From assembly GCA_051294375.1 (NCBI GenBank), contig CM119266.1:19603657-19667656 (forward strand): a stretch of 64,000 nt of DNA, given 5' to 3'. The notes under the pieces are model-generated. The model was not told the DNA's origin and made no database searches. It was given only the letters and a program-made list of their open reading frames with translations. This DNA comes from Paraspadella gotoi (lineage: Eukaryota > Animalia > Chaetognatha). Below, piece by piece: positions 25,659 through 37,686 of this stretch (its first letter is position 1; each line of letters begins with the position of its first letter). Both the position numbers and the translations under genes were made by a program.

Positions 25659-26264
25659 TCCTTGTTTGTTTTTTTCTTTCTTTCTATTTTTATTATTTTT
25701 TTAATCTATTTTAATTTATTAATGTAATTATTATTAAATCGTAAATTTTAGTTCTCCTTATTAATTTAAAAATAAAATTCTTTTTTAAACATTTATTTAT
25801 TCATTCATTTACTAATTTAAGTCTTTATATTTTAGCTTAACTTTTGTCGATTATGTCAAACTTAAGAGTTTCTCTTTTTCTTCAAGATTTTCCGATTTTC
25901 CATAATCTTTGTCTCGACGTTGTTGTTGTCGTTGTTGTCGTTATCTTTGTTTTCGGGGTTAATCCAAAGTTACTCATTTCTTTCTTATTTCTTAAAATAT
26001 CATACTATAATAGTCAGCACTAGTTTCTTTTGACGAGGTTTATTATCATCAAAGTCAAACTGACCAAGTTATGTCAACATTTCGAATCTCAGTAAAGTCC
26101 AGAATCTTTGGCGTTTCCTTTTTTTTATTGTTTTTTAAAGAAATATATTTTTGAGTCTATTTTAACATTTTTTTTATAAATTCAGTTGTTCTTCTATTTA
26201 GATTCCCGACTTCGGAGTCACAATTCCGAATCTGCTCGTCCTCGATCGACCTTAGGTGTCGATC

Positions 26265-26725
26265 TCTCGCCATTCGTCGTTCTTCTCTCTCCTTTCGCCG
26301 TTCTCCTTTCGCTGTTCCCCGTTCTCCTTTCGCCATTCGCAATTCTCCTTTTGCCGTTCTTCTTTCTCCTTTCGCCGTTTCTCATTCTCCTTTTTCTATT
26401 CGCCGTTCTCCTTTCGTCGTTCTTCTTTTTCCTTTTGCCATTCTCCTTTCGCTGTTCCCCGTTCTCCTTTTGCCATTCACCATACTCCTTTCGCCATTCT
26501 TCTTTCTCCTTTTGCCACTCTCTTTTCGCCGTTCCCCGTTCTCCTTTCGCCATTCTCCTTTTGCCATTTCCCGTTCTCGTTTTGCTATTTGCCATTCTCC
26601 TTTCGTCATTCTTCTTTCTCCTTTTGATGTTCTCCTTTCGCCATTCCCCGTTCTCCTTTCGCCATTCGCCGTTCTCCTTTCGCCATTCGCCGTTCTCCTT
26701 TCGTCTTTTTTCTTTCTCCTTTCAC
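26265..26725. repeat. Degenerate 7/14/21-bp minisatellite (ttctcctttcgccr)
   Basis: Direct reading. Explains the ORFs at 26186-26786. Confidence 0.85.
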
Positions 26726-27373
26726 CGTCTTGCTGGTGACTCAAGTGAATCAAACTGTGTAGCATAATATAGTATAATAAAAGCAACTTCCCGAAAGGAG
26801 CGAAATGAAAATTTCAATAAACAATTGATTCCTAAACAATGTTTTATACTATATTTTATACTTATTAACGACTCACGAACGAAAAGAATTTAATCTTTTA
26901 AGCCACCGACTTAAAAAAAAAGACCCAAAGTGTAAAAAAAAAAAAGAAAAGAAAAAAGGTTAAAAAAAAAGATGGGAAATCGCAAACGTGAAAAGGTCGA
27001 ATCTTTATCTCGAGCCGCCGCTGCCGCTGCCGCCGCCGCTGCTGCCGATACCGCCACAGACAAAGACTACTGCTGCTGGTGCTCCAGTTGGCTGCGGCCG
27101 CCGCTGCCGCCGCTGCCGACGAATGCGACAAATCAGGTGTCCAACGCTGAGATTCGGCGAAAGATGACCTTTCGCGATTCTTAACTTCCTTTCGCTTCCT
27201 TTCGCTTTACTTTAAGTCTTATCATTTTTCTTACTTTTTCCTTTGGCTTAAGAGAGGAAATACAATCAATACATTTAAATTCAAGGGAATACATTTTTAA
27301 TAATACATATTAGTGTAGTGGCGGCCCTTACAAATTATAAAAAATAATTATGATGATCGTAGTTTAATGTAAT

Positions 27374-27550
27374 ATAAACGAGACTGTGAGAGAGTCTTGA
27401 TTGAAAGCTTGCAGAGACCTGCAATGTCATTATCTTGTAAGAGTGATGGAGGCCTTAAACCACCAAAGCCTGTCCAAAGTCAGGGATAAGATAGCTTATT
27501 TATTAAATGAATGGATAATTTTTATATTGGTTGTACCAATTTCGTAAGCA
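27374..27550 (+). repeat. Interspersed repeat family A copy
   Basis: Matches rc of 1-117 and 3563-3720. The tail recurs at 40341-40398 (-) and 59427-59478 (+). Confidence 0.85.
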
Positions 27551-28080
27551 GTTAAAGTTTAAGTTTAACTTAAACGGAAAGGTTTTACCATCTAACCATC
27601 AATGTGAGACGAACAAATCTTGAGAAACTTTTCAAAGGATTTTGTTCCCACACGATCAAGTTATTGAAACAGGTGCTTCTTTATCTTTTCTGTAAATATT
27701 TAAGGTTATTTACGCGGGTCTCTCTTTTGTAAAGGATGTAGATTCTATTGGAACACGTCTCCGATCAGAGTAGTTTTTTTTTAAAGATTTTTTGCTAGTT
27801 TTTCGTGAGGATATTAGTTGTAATGTCTCTTTAATGGAGAAATAAGAGTTGAGAAAACAGTTTAGTCGCACACAGGAATTTTTGACGCCGCCGACTTCGA
27901 ACCTTTTCTCTCCTTTCGTCTCCTGCTGTTTTTCTTTACTCATTTTCTCTTCGTATTTTTACTACAAACTTTTTTCCTTCGTTGAAAAAGTTCACAAACC
28001 AAGGGATTTTCACGGCTTGATAGTGATATGATGTAGTTGGGGGAGAGAGAGAGGAGAGGATAGAGAGATGAGAGGAGAGA

Positions 28081-28116
<36 letters not shown>

Positions 28117-29334
28117 TAATTTTCGTAAAGCTCAGAAATATACATACATAAATACATACATACATACATACATACATACATACATACATAAATATATCTT
28201 TAAAAATTATTCCTAATTTGTAAAATTTATTAATTATCTATTTTTTTAGTTAAAAGCTCTTATTTTAATAGTCACGTTTAGACAAAGTCTCATAATGATA
28301 ATTACCGAAATAATCAAATGACTCTTGCAACAAAAACTATTGTCGAGTTCTCGTTGTCAAATTTTCTAATTATCATTTTGTAAATTTTGAATAAAACTCA
28401 AGTCTAGTATAATTTCATAACAATAAAAACGATGCTCTTACATTTGTACAAGTTAACGAATATGATTTAAAACTAAACTAATTTTCGGCTTGAGAGAATG
28501 AAATCTATGACACCATTGGCACCCGTAACATTGGCACCTGTACCACCACCTCAATCCGACGCGAGGATATAGTCCTCCTTTGGATGCACCTCACCAGGCA
28601 GGTGCCAATCCCTGGGGCCCCTGGGTACGGCAAGGAACCTCTTTCGAAGAGGGTCAGGAGTGGAACCTTCGTGTCAAATTCAAGAAATCCTCCTCAAAAT
28701 CCTTTCCTCGAATATACTTCTCCTCCTCTTCCTTCTCTTTATTCCCTTCACCTTACTTATCCTCCCAACCTCCTCCTCATCATCTTCCTCCTCCTCCTCT
28801 TTCTCATCCCTACCCCCTCCGGTTCCATCAGCGAGAGGCATTCCTGGATTTGCACTTGTTGCTAATCTTTTTTTTTCTTTTTTTTTTAACCAAAAAAAAA
28901 AAAGTCAAAATGAATGAAAAAAAAAATATCTTTTTTTTTCTTCCCCTTACGATTGACACGGATAAATACTTTATTATCCGTAAACTAATCAAGAGGGGAA
29001 ATTAATTTGTTATGATGAAGCTTGTAGATGTAGAAAGATTTTTCTTTAAAAAAACAAATTTAAAGCATGACATGTTTTAATTGAGTATATAGAGTTTAAT
29101 TAAGAGAACCTCAACACTTTCTCCGATTGTCAAGACTCTTCCTCCTCCTCTTCCTCCTCCCCCTCCTTTTCAACCATCTCCATCTCCATCTCCACGACGA
29201 GGCGTCCGCTTCGAAAAAAAAAAGACACTACAACAATTTCGCGAGTGATCGCGGAGAAGACTCGCGGGGCGAGTTAGTCGAGGTGTGCGATTGGCGCCGA
29301 ATGACGAACTAAACTATTGGATGAAGTGATATTG

Positions 29335-29446
29335 GAAGTGATATTGGATAAAGTGATATTGGAAGTGATATTGGATGAAGTGATATTGGAAGTGATATTG
29401 GATGAAGTGATATTGGATGAAGTGATATGAGATGAAATGATATTGA
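29335..29446. repeat. Minisatellite of alternating 15-bp (ggatgaagtgatatt) and 12-bp (ggaagtgatatt) units
   Basis: Direct reading. Confidence 0.85.
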
Positions 29447-29918
29447 AAATTGTAAACTTCGGTCTGAGGTTGGTTAAATTTTGTTATTGTTCAATGTTCA
29501 TTAGCTCCTATGATTAGGTTTTAATATTTTGTGGATGAAGAAGCTCTGTTTAAAAAAAGATTTAGCAAATTTAAAATCAAATCATAAAAAAAAAAACTTT
29601 CGGCGACCTTAGATGTAGTTTGGCGCCAAATGTTTATCCTTACTGCGAGGGTAAATCTACTTTCTGACGATCGTTTGTCTTTTGTCAACAAAAACAAATT
29701 CTTAGGGTGAAAACGACAAATTAGAAAAAAAAAAAGAAAAAAAGAAATGCAAACGAAACGTAGTTCAAATAAGCTCGGCGTTTAAAAGAAAATCTTAAAA
29801 AAAAATATACCTAATTTCATAACATGAGGTCAAATTCCCGCTTATGTTTTTTTTCTCGAGATATCATTGGACATAAAATTTGTAATGGAAAAAAAATTAT
29901 TTGGCTCCAGCCCTTTCA

Positions 29919-30190
29919 GGCTTATTTTCCCAGAACGCCCCGTTTCATTTTAAATTTGTAATTAAGTTATTTTTTATGTTTAAAGATTAGGTTAAAGGTT
30001 AGGGTTAGGGTTGAGGTTAAGGATTAGTAAAGAATTAAGGTTAGTGATTGGGTTAGTGATTTAGGATAGTTAGGGATTTAGGTTTAGGGTCACGGGTTAG
30101 AGATTAGGGTTAGAGATAGGGGTTTAAGGTTAAGGTTACAGATTAAGGATAGGGATTTGGTTATGGTTTTAGTAACAGATTAGGGTTAAA
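29919..30190. mobile_element. Family T MITE, left TIR plus TTAGGG-like body
   Basis: Starts ggcttattttcccagaacgccccgtttc and continues into ggttagggttagggttgagg tracts. Right TIR not recognisable. Confidence 0.65.
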
Positions 30191-31271
30191 CATTTAAATT
30201 AAATTTGAATTCGGGGATTACATCCAGAAATATTTTGTTTCCTCTTAATTTTATTGGCAAGTAAAGACCAAATCAATTTCTTATCAACTACTATTTCTCC
30301 TGCCAAAATCATGACAAACAATTGACAATGACATGATGACTACTATTTTCTACAACTGGTTCCAAGATAATTTTTTCACACGACACAAGAAGACGAATCA
30401 CATGAAGCTCAGCTCCTTTTCTTAATAGAACCTTTTGTATCTCGATTCGTGAATGTAATCACAAATCTATCAGCTGATGAGGCCAATTGTGAAACGAGAG
30501 TGTTGACTGTTGATCCAAAAGCCAGTGATTCGGATAATCTTTCATAAAGTTCATAATTCATTGAAAAAAATAACTTTTTCAAACAGAGAGGAGAACAATT
30601 CTAAAACGAGTTGATCAGATCCAGGAAAAATGCATAAAACAGCTGAGCTCAGGTGAGATGATCCATTATTTCCCCTTTTCTTGTGACCACCTCTCACGTG
30701 TCTATAATTTTATCTCAAAAGTTGATCAAGTCAGTGGCTTCGCCTCCGAAGAATTAATATTCTTCTCAGAAATCTACTAACCCCATCCATTCTTTTGTCG
30801 AACGCTTGTCACGCAGTTTCTCGGCCGAGTTGTCACGGGATGTCTTATGGCGGCCGATCGTCTAAAAGCCACGCGCGTCAAACCAATCAAAATTTGCTCC
30901 ACTTTTTGCGGCGTCTTTCTTGCGCGACTTCGCCTCTTAGCGGCGCTAGCGTTTCATTTCGTCGTGGCTGCGGTGGTGCATCCGACAAGCGCAGGTTTTA
31001 CTTTTACTTTGATTTTGTTTGGCTTTGTTTTTTCCTTTGCTTCAATGCTGAGTCTTTGGCACCTGTTGTGGCCCAATTCTAGTTGTGAGGAAAAATCAAC
31101 AAGTAAAACTGATCAAAAGGTTTTATTTTATATTATATTTTAAGCAAAACATTTTAGTTTGATAATAGATGTCTTCAATCTAATGCGTTCATCATTGTTT
31201 CACTTAAAAAGCGAAAAATAGCTAATGCGACTTCGTCTCTTTAATGCATCGCGTCTATTTTACTCGTCTCA

Positions 31272-31675
31272 GTCACGTGACGGGGACCTCTTAGGAGCGC
31301 GCCATATTTTTTATAAAAAAATTACGCCCAGAAGGGAGAAGAGACATTGAGAAAGGGTGAGGAACAATCTCACGAAGGGGACGGGGTGAAATGAAACAAA
31401 GGGACTTTGTCTGTAAATACTGGGTAGAAAGGAGGCAGCAAAGGGGATTAAAGATATTCCGCGTGATACATCTAAGAAGAATGAAGATATTCATTCTGTT
31501 AAATTTTGAGCAATGTAAGGTTTATTTTTCATTAAAGGAAAACTAAGAACAAGTATGCATGTAACTATTGTATCTCGTTATTAAACAGCCGAATGAAACA
31601 ATACGGATCTGCTACCATAATTTTCATAGATTCGATCAATCAATCAATCAGATGACGTCATACGAGGTCACGTGA
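31272..31675. promoter_or_regulatory. Candidate intronic motif cluster (E-box, CRE and Pbx-like sites)
   Basis: GTCACGTGAC 31272-31281, (ATCA)4 31635-31650, TGACGTCA 31653-31660, GTCACGTGA 31667-31675. Motif match only. Confidence 0.3.
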
Positions 31676-31748
31676 GGTAAGTAAAATTCAAAAGGGGTCG
31701 CTGACCCCAAAAAAGAGCATCGCTACACCATAGTCTACTGAAACTCAC

Positions 31749-32430
31749 CCCCCGCCTTCATCTGTTGCATCGACTTCTCTCTCAATGCTCGAACGGCGGC
31801 GTCGAGTTTCGCCGCCGAATGAGTCGACCGCCTCTTGTTGGGAGAAAGTTGGAAGGCGCTTCGAACTGGCGACGAGGAAGTCGAAGGGGGAAGAAATGGA
31901 GATGAAGTCGCAGACGGGGAGGAAGTTGCGGATGGGGAGGAAGTAGCGGGAGACGGAGAGGAAGTACGAGATGATTTGACGAGAGACAGAGGATGAGACT
32001 GTGGCGGTGATAGTGGAGCCAATGACGTTCGATAAGATTGAGGAGAGAGTCGAAGGGGTCTCGGTGCGTGAGGAGAATACGATTCTCTGCGACTCTTCGT
32101 ATTGTGGAACATCTTCGGGGGAGCGGCGGCAAGACCGGACGATCTCTGCAGCGTCAACAACGCCGTCGCCGCCATCGTCGTTTGAAGGGAAAACGGAGTC
32201 GAGGGGAAACGGTCTTTGTCTACCGTGGCGAGAGCGATATCGAACTGGCTAAGACGGCGTCGATAGTCGAGGTTGAGACGATCCGGACTGGCGTTGTAGC
32301 ATCCGTCTGAGGGAAGGTGATTCCCATTCATGTCGGCGTCTTCATCGTTGACTTCGTCGATGCAATCATCACCGCCGCTGAAGAATCGATTGCGTGATTC
32401 GTTGGTTTTGACTAAAAAAGATCGAGGCAT
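31749..32430 (-). CDS. First coding exon of a SNAG-domain transcriptional repressor (Snail/Scratch/Gfi/Ovol/INSM type; family unresolved)
   Basis: ATG at 32430 (context acgATG) gives MPRSFLVK, the canonical N-terminal SNAG peptide. 227 open codons, GC-rich and Ser/Pro-rich, with PLSLVK and PLRLS (CtBP-type) motifs. Phase-1 donor G|GTGAGT at 31749/31748. Unspliced, it reads on to a stop at 31735. Confidence 0.85.
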
Positions 32431-32639
32431 CGTTTTTTTTTGTGTGAACGAAGTGGAGTAGGGTGAATAAGCGGGATGGGAGGGCGGAAGCGATCGAGGA
32501 CTGGAACAACTTTTAAAAAAAACTTTATTCGTCAAGCGTAATTTCCATGTTTTTTTTTAAATTTTTTTATTTTTTTGTACATTGAATTTCAGAAGAAATA
32601 AAAAGGCACGACGAAGTTAATCTGTTGTAAAAATAAGGA

Positions 32640-33092
32640 TGGGAATTAATTGATGGTAATTGGATCGAATAGGAAATAAGTGAATCAGGATAGGAATTAA
32701 GTGATTAAGGATAGGAATTAAGTGATTAAGGATTAGGAACTAAAGTGATTAAGGATAGGAATTAGGTGATTAAGGATAGGAATTGAGTGATTGAGGATAG
32801 GAATTAAGTGATTAAGGATAAGGAATTAAGTGATTTAAGGATAGGAACTAAGTGATTAAGGATAGGAATTAGGTGATTAAGGATAGGAATTAAGTGATTG
32901 AGGATAGGAATTAAGTGATTAAGGATAGGAATTAAGTGATTAAGGAATAGGAACTAAGTGATTAAGGATAGGAATTAAGTGATTAAGGATAGGAATTGAG
33001 TGATTGAGGATAGGAATTAAGTGATTTAGGATAGGAACTAAGTGATTAAGGAATATAATTAAGTGATAAAGGATAGGAATTAAGTAATTAAG
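32640..33092. repeat. 21-bp tandem array (ggataggaattaagtgattaa), ~19-20 units, just upstream of the SNAG gene
   Basis: Direct reading. Begins ~210 bp upstream of the ATG. Confidence 0.95.
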
Positions 33093-34667
33093 AAATTTCT
33101 TTCTTTTAATGTCTTCATTTTTTAAGTTAGGAGTAAACTAAGACATAATAGAACAAATATACGTACAGTCGTTCAGTCGTACAGTCGTACAGTCGTACAT
33201 AATTACCAGAATAACGTTTTGCACTTCAAGAAAAGAGAGAGACAGACAAGAGCTTAAGCGATAACTTTTTTAATTATTACGAAATAGTACGATCGTAACC
33301 GGGTCCGTTAAATTGTTCGAAGAATTCTTTATGACATTCAAACTTCCCGGTAAAGAAAATTTAGATATTTTAAAGGATATAAAAAAAACATGTGCTTCCA
33401 AAGCCGAGGATAAAACCTTTTGAAAATACGTTGTCGGCCACGAAGGTTCGCCATCCAGAAGTCGACTGAATATCCAGGCTACTGTTTCCTCATTTCATGA
33501 ATGGAACACAGGATGCGGCCATGGTGGCTCGATACGGCCGAGAGGTTGTCTGCAAGTGTAGGCCACTGCCATGGGCCCATGAGACCACGTTTATGGTGAT
33601 CGTGGAATGAAAGGAAATGTCAAATGAAAATGAGGATCGAGGGAACGACAGGAAACAGTTAAGAATTTTAAAGTTCAAGACGAATTCAAAAGAAGTTTGT
33701 CACATAAATGTCAAACACTGGCCAAATGTGAAAATTCAACAACAACTCAGAGAATAAGTTCGTTATATCAAAACTTTAGAATGAGATGCAAAGCAGCTTT
33801 CAGCAAAACAATAATCACCCTTATGGCGGTAATCGAAAACTTCAACGCGATACTTTGATAGTTGAAGTAAAATTAGCATTATTGATTTAATATAACATAT
33901 TTATATGATAATCAAATGAGGAAATGAAGGAATTTTAAACAATCATTACCTGATTCACTAAAATTAATTATGTTTGAAATCAATCTACAAAAATCAGGTT
34001 GAAAAAGTTTTTCGTAAATGTATTCCATCAATACAAAAATCACAGGTAAAAAGCCGTGAGATATCGTATTGGCCACCAAATCATCACCCAAGACTTTTTC
34101 CGGGTACGATTCACGTGAGAAGACGACGACGACGACGACGACGACGACCGTGACGACGCGACCCAAAGCGATGCCGATCACAAAGCGATCGATGTGTGAT
34201 TTTCCGAAAATCGAATGTTTGCCGAATTCGCGATTCGACCAACCTGCGGCCGAGGAAGAAATCGAAAACGCGACGCTGATTGGTCGAATACTTGCCGATC
34301 GATGGGAGGATCAAGTGCATGTTTCGTAAATGGGACGAGGAAGAGGAAATAAGAGATCGAGTCACAAGGAAGAGAAAATGAGCAACAGGTTATTTGATCG
34401 GAGAAGGAAGTGTTGGATGAGGAGGATGAGGAGGAGGAGAAAGAGGAGGAGGAAGAAGAGGATTAAATAGGAGAATACCTGTTGGTAAAGAAGAAGAAGA
34501 AGAAGAAGAAGAAGAAGAAGAAGAAGAAGAAGAAGAAGAAGATATCGAAACCTATATAATAGGAATTAAATTCGGGAGACCAATTGCTAGTCTAGGTAAG
34601 TAATGCGGATGATACTAAACCAATATAAACATAATTATTTTTATAAAAAAAGCTTTCTTGCCCCTGA

Positions 34668-34815
34668 GTTACAAGATAATAACTGAGCAGGACCATGCAA
34701 GCTTTCAATCCAGACGCTCTTACAACCCTATTTATTCAATCACAGAATACCTGGTTTGTCTATCAATGAAGGGGTATAATGTTTCAAAGAGTGTTTAAAT
34801 TGTATATTAGGACCA
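34668..34815 (-). repeat. Interspersed repeat family A copy
   Basis: Colinear with 51-197 (ttacaagataataac...agctttcaatc...cagaatacctgg...tttcaaaga.tgt...aggacc). Confidence 0.75.
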
Positions 34816-35554
34816 CTCCCTTCGGATCGGGAATTACTACTCCGCACTGGCATCGAAACACAAGGAGCTGACTGTTATGAAACTCGTACTACCCTTGTAA
34901 AACTTATCCATTTATTTTATAAATGGATAAGTTATCTCGCCTCTGTCTTTAGACAGGCAAATTAAAAATATTTAATTACTTTTTTATTATTTATTTTTCA
35001 TCATTTTTTTAAAATTTGTTATTTATTAAATTGTGGAATGAAAAACTCATCACAATTAGATTAGTATTAAGCATAATTGCAGCTAAACTTGAAACATCTC
35101 CGACAACGATGACAAAGATAATGACGCCGATGATGACGATGACGATAACTCTGCTTTGCCTTAGGTCGACGATTTGAGAATCAGAGTCTAGAGACTAGAG
35201 TGGAAGCGACTCCTAAATAATCATTACATATATTATCTGTATGAGACCCCGTTATATTTAACAAGGAAAACATTTTTTTAAATAAATTTTACCCAATAAC
35301 AATTTATAATCAGTGTAAAATATTATTCCACAAAAAATACAAAGTTTTTCTATTCGTGTGTAGCGTTTACAGAAAAAGAGAAAGCAATTTACCGTTAAAC
35401 GTAACTCTACCATAACATAAAGTACTTTGTTGATTAACCGCGCTGGAGCAAAAGAGAGCGGGGATCCAACTTTGAAAAATATTTATGAGTTTGCGAACGA
35501 GAGATGAATTGTGATTTTTCTGTGTGTCCCAAGCACGGTATCGGTTGCTGCTAC

Positions 35555-35592
<38 letters not shown>

Positions 35593-36114
35593 GATACTGA
35601 TTAAGGTGCTTTTTTAAGAGCGATTATTATGGCACTCATCCCACCGACAGCTTTATTGTTAATGATACTATGTAAAGTCCATGTAAAGTCATTATTTATT
35701 TTAACAGTTACGTGGTTGCCTTTTTTTTGTCGCGAGTGAAGAGACCCCAATCGCTTTTTATGCGTTTTTGACATTCTATGGTTATGCTTCGTTGATGATA
35801 TGAATTTCCTTAAAAAAATAAATACATTTTTAAAAAAAATTAAAATTTCGTACATATGTTACATTATCATTATGGCGAGCCGAGGAAATTTAGTTGTTCT
35901 TATTAATAAATTCGGAATAGAATAAAACAACCAAAAAACCATAAAAACTACTAAGGTTTTAATTAGCTCGATTTATTAAGGCTTCCTCTCGAAACACAAA
36001 AAGTTTTTACCAATTCTATCGTCACACTTCGACGCTGATCGAGTCGACGTAATTAGGCTCAAACTTTCCATCGTTAACGTTTAATTACTTTAAATAAAAA
36101 TCGAAATTTTAACT

Positions 36115-36215
36115 ATTTATTTATTGATTTATTGATTTATTGATTTATTGATTGATTTATTGATTTATTGATTGATTTATTTGTTTTTTATTTATTGATT
36201 TATTGATTTATTGAT

Positions 36216-36286
<71 letters not shown>

Positions 36287-36300
36287 GTTATTTATTTAAA
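36115..36300. repeat. (ATTG/ATTT)n simple repeat
   Basis: Direct reading. Confidence 0.9.
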
Positions 36301-36714
36301 TCAAAATCAAAATTTTAACTATTTATTTATTTTAACTATTTATTTATTTGTTTTAGTTATCTGCAATGCTACAATTTTTTCAAATTAATTATAAATTATA
36401 CCATAATAATATACGTAAATATTTTTATAAATTATAATACTCTCTAGGGAAAACATTTAATCAACCTGCATTAATATTAATCCAAATTCACATTCGTTAC
36501 AATGAATTAATTAACAATTATTTTTGTTGAAAGCAACCTTTATTAACGGTCAGTAAACTCTAATAGTCACCTTTTATTGTCAATTAAACCTCTTTCTCAT
36601 TTTCTTCAACTTTTTTTTCATTCATCTTTCATCCTTGTTTTCATTCATTCGTCGACGCAAGTTAATCGTTTTCCATCTCATCTTCGACGCAAAAAAACAG
36701 TCTTCCGTCTTTTA

Positions 36715-36906
36715 TTATGCAAATGAGATTTATGAGTCGTCTTTTCCGCTTTTACCTCCGACGCCCCCCCCCACACTCTTCTCCTACAAAACCCAAGATC
36801 CCTCCGCTCCTTTTTGTTAGAACGTTTTCCCGGAAGTCGATCTCCAACGAAAGTAAACCTATAAAAACCGCCACCGGTCCGAAGACTACGTTATGCAAAT
36901 GAGATT
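36715..36906. promoter_or_regulatory. Paired POU octamer sites with an ETS site between them (candidate enhancer)
   Basis: Identical 16-mer TTATGCAAATGAGATT at 36715-36730 and 36891-36906, with CCGGAAGT at ~36830 between them. Confidence 0.4.
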
Positions 36907-37534
36907 CTCGCATTGAAACGAGACGAGAGAAGCATCCGCCGCCATTCGCCAGGGGAGCTCACGTCGGAACTGTCAACAAAAACGGAGAACAAAAGAATCC
37001 CGAGGACGCCGGCCCCCGTCGCCGCGATTTAACCGCCGTCCGAACCGACAAGGATAAAAAAAAAAGAAAAGAAAGAAGAAATGATGCGTTGCTAAGCGAC
37101 GGGGTCTCTTCGCCGAACAACAACAGGTGGCGTCACGAGGAGGATTGAAAACACAGAGTTTTTTTTGTTTTTTTTTTTTAGATCCGAAGACTGTTCGTTG
37201 GAGACATGGAGGCTTCGGAGGAACGAAAAAAGTTTATAAAAAAAAAGTATTTTAAAGAAGAGAGAGAGAAGAGAGGAGAGAGAGAGAGAGAGAGAGAGAG
37301 AAGAGAGAGAGAAGAGGAGAGAGGAGAGGAGAGAGAGAGAGAGAAGAAGAGAGAGAGAGAGAGAGGGGAGAGAGACAAAGAACAGCATTGCGACTTTAGA
37401 CGAGAGGAGAGAGAGAGAGGAGAGTGAGGAAGAGAGGAGAAGAGAGAGAAGAAAGAGGAGAGAGAGGAAAAGAGAAACAGAGACAGAGAAAGAGAGAGGA
37501 GAGAGAAAGAAGAGAGAAAGAAGAGAAAAGAGAC

Positions 37535-37574
<40 letters not shown>

Positions 37575-37649
37575 AGAGGAGAGAGGGAGAGAGAAGAGAG
37601 GAGAGAGAGATGAGGGGAGAGACAAAAGAACAGCACTGCGACTTTAGAC

Positions 37650-37686
<37 letters not shown>

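Noticed and set aside
24785-26786. ORFs of up to ~240 aa
   Set aside because: Derived from polypyrimidine tracts and a minisatellite.
26972-27184. Poly-Ala exon of a transcription factor
   Set aside because: GCC/GCT trinucleotide runs with no domain and no convincing splice sites.
28500-28865. Collagen-like or Pro/Gly coding exon
   Set aside because: No sustained Gly-X-Y, frames end in low-complexity sequence, and no splice support.
29985-30190. True telomere or chromosome-fusion scar
   Set aside because: Repeats are short, degenerate and tied to a recurring TIR motif, which is better explained by MITE family T.
30587-30652. 66-nt plus-strand micro-exon (cag|...ag|gtgaga)
   Set aside because: Splice-like ends and an open frame, but no partner exons or homology. 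This can occur by chance.
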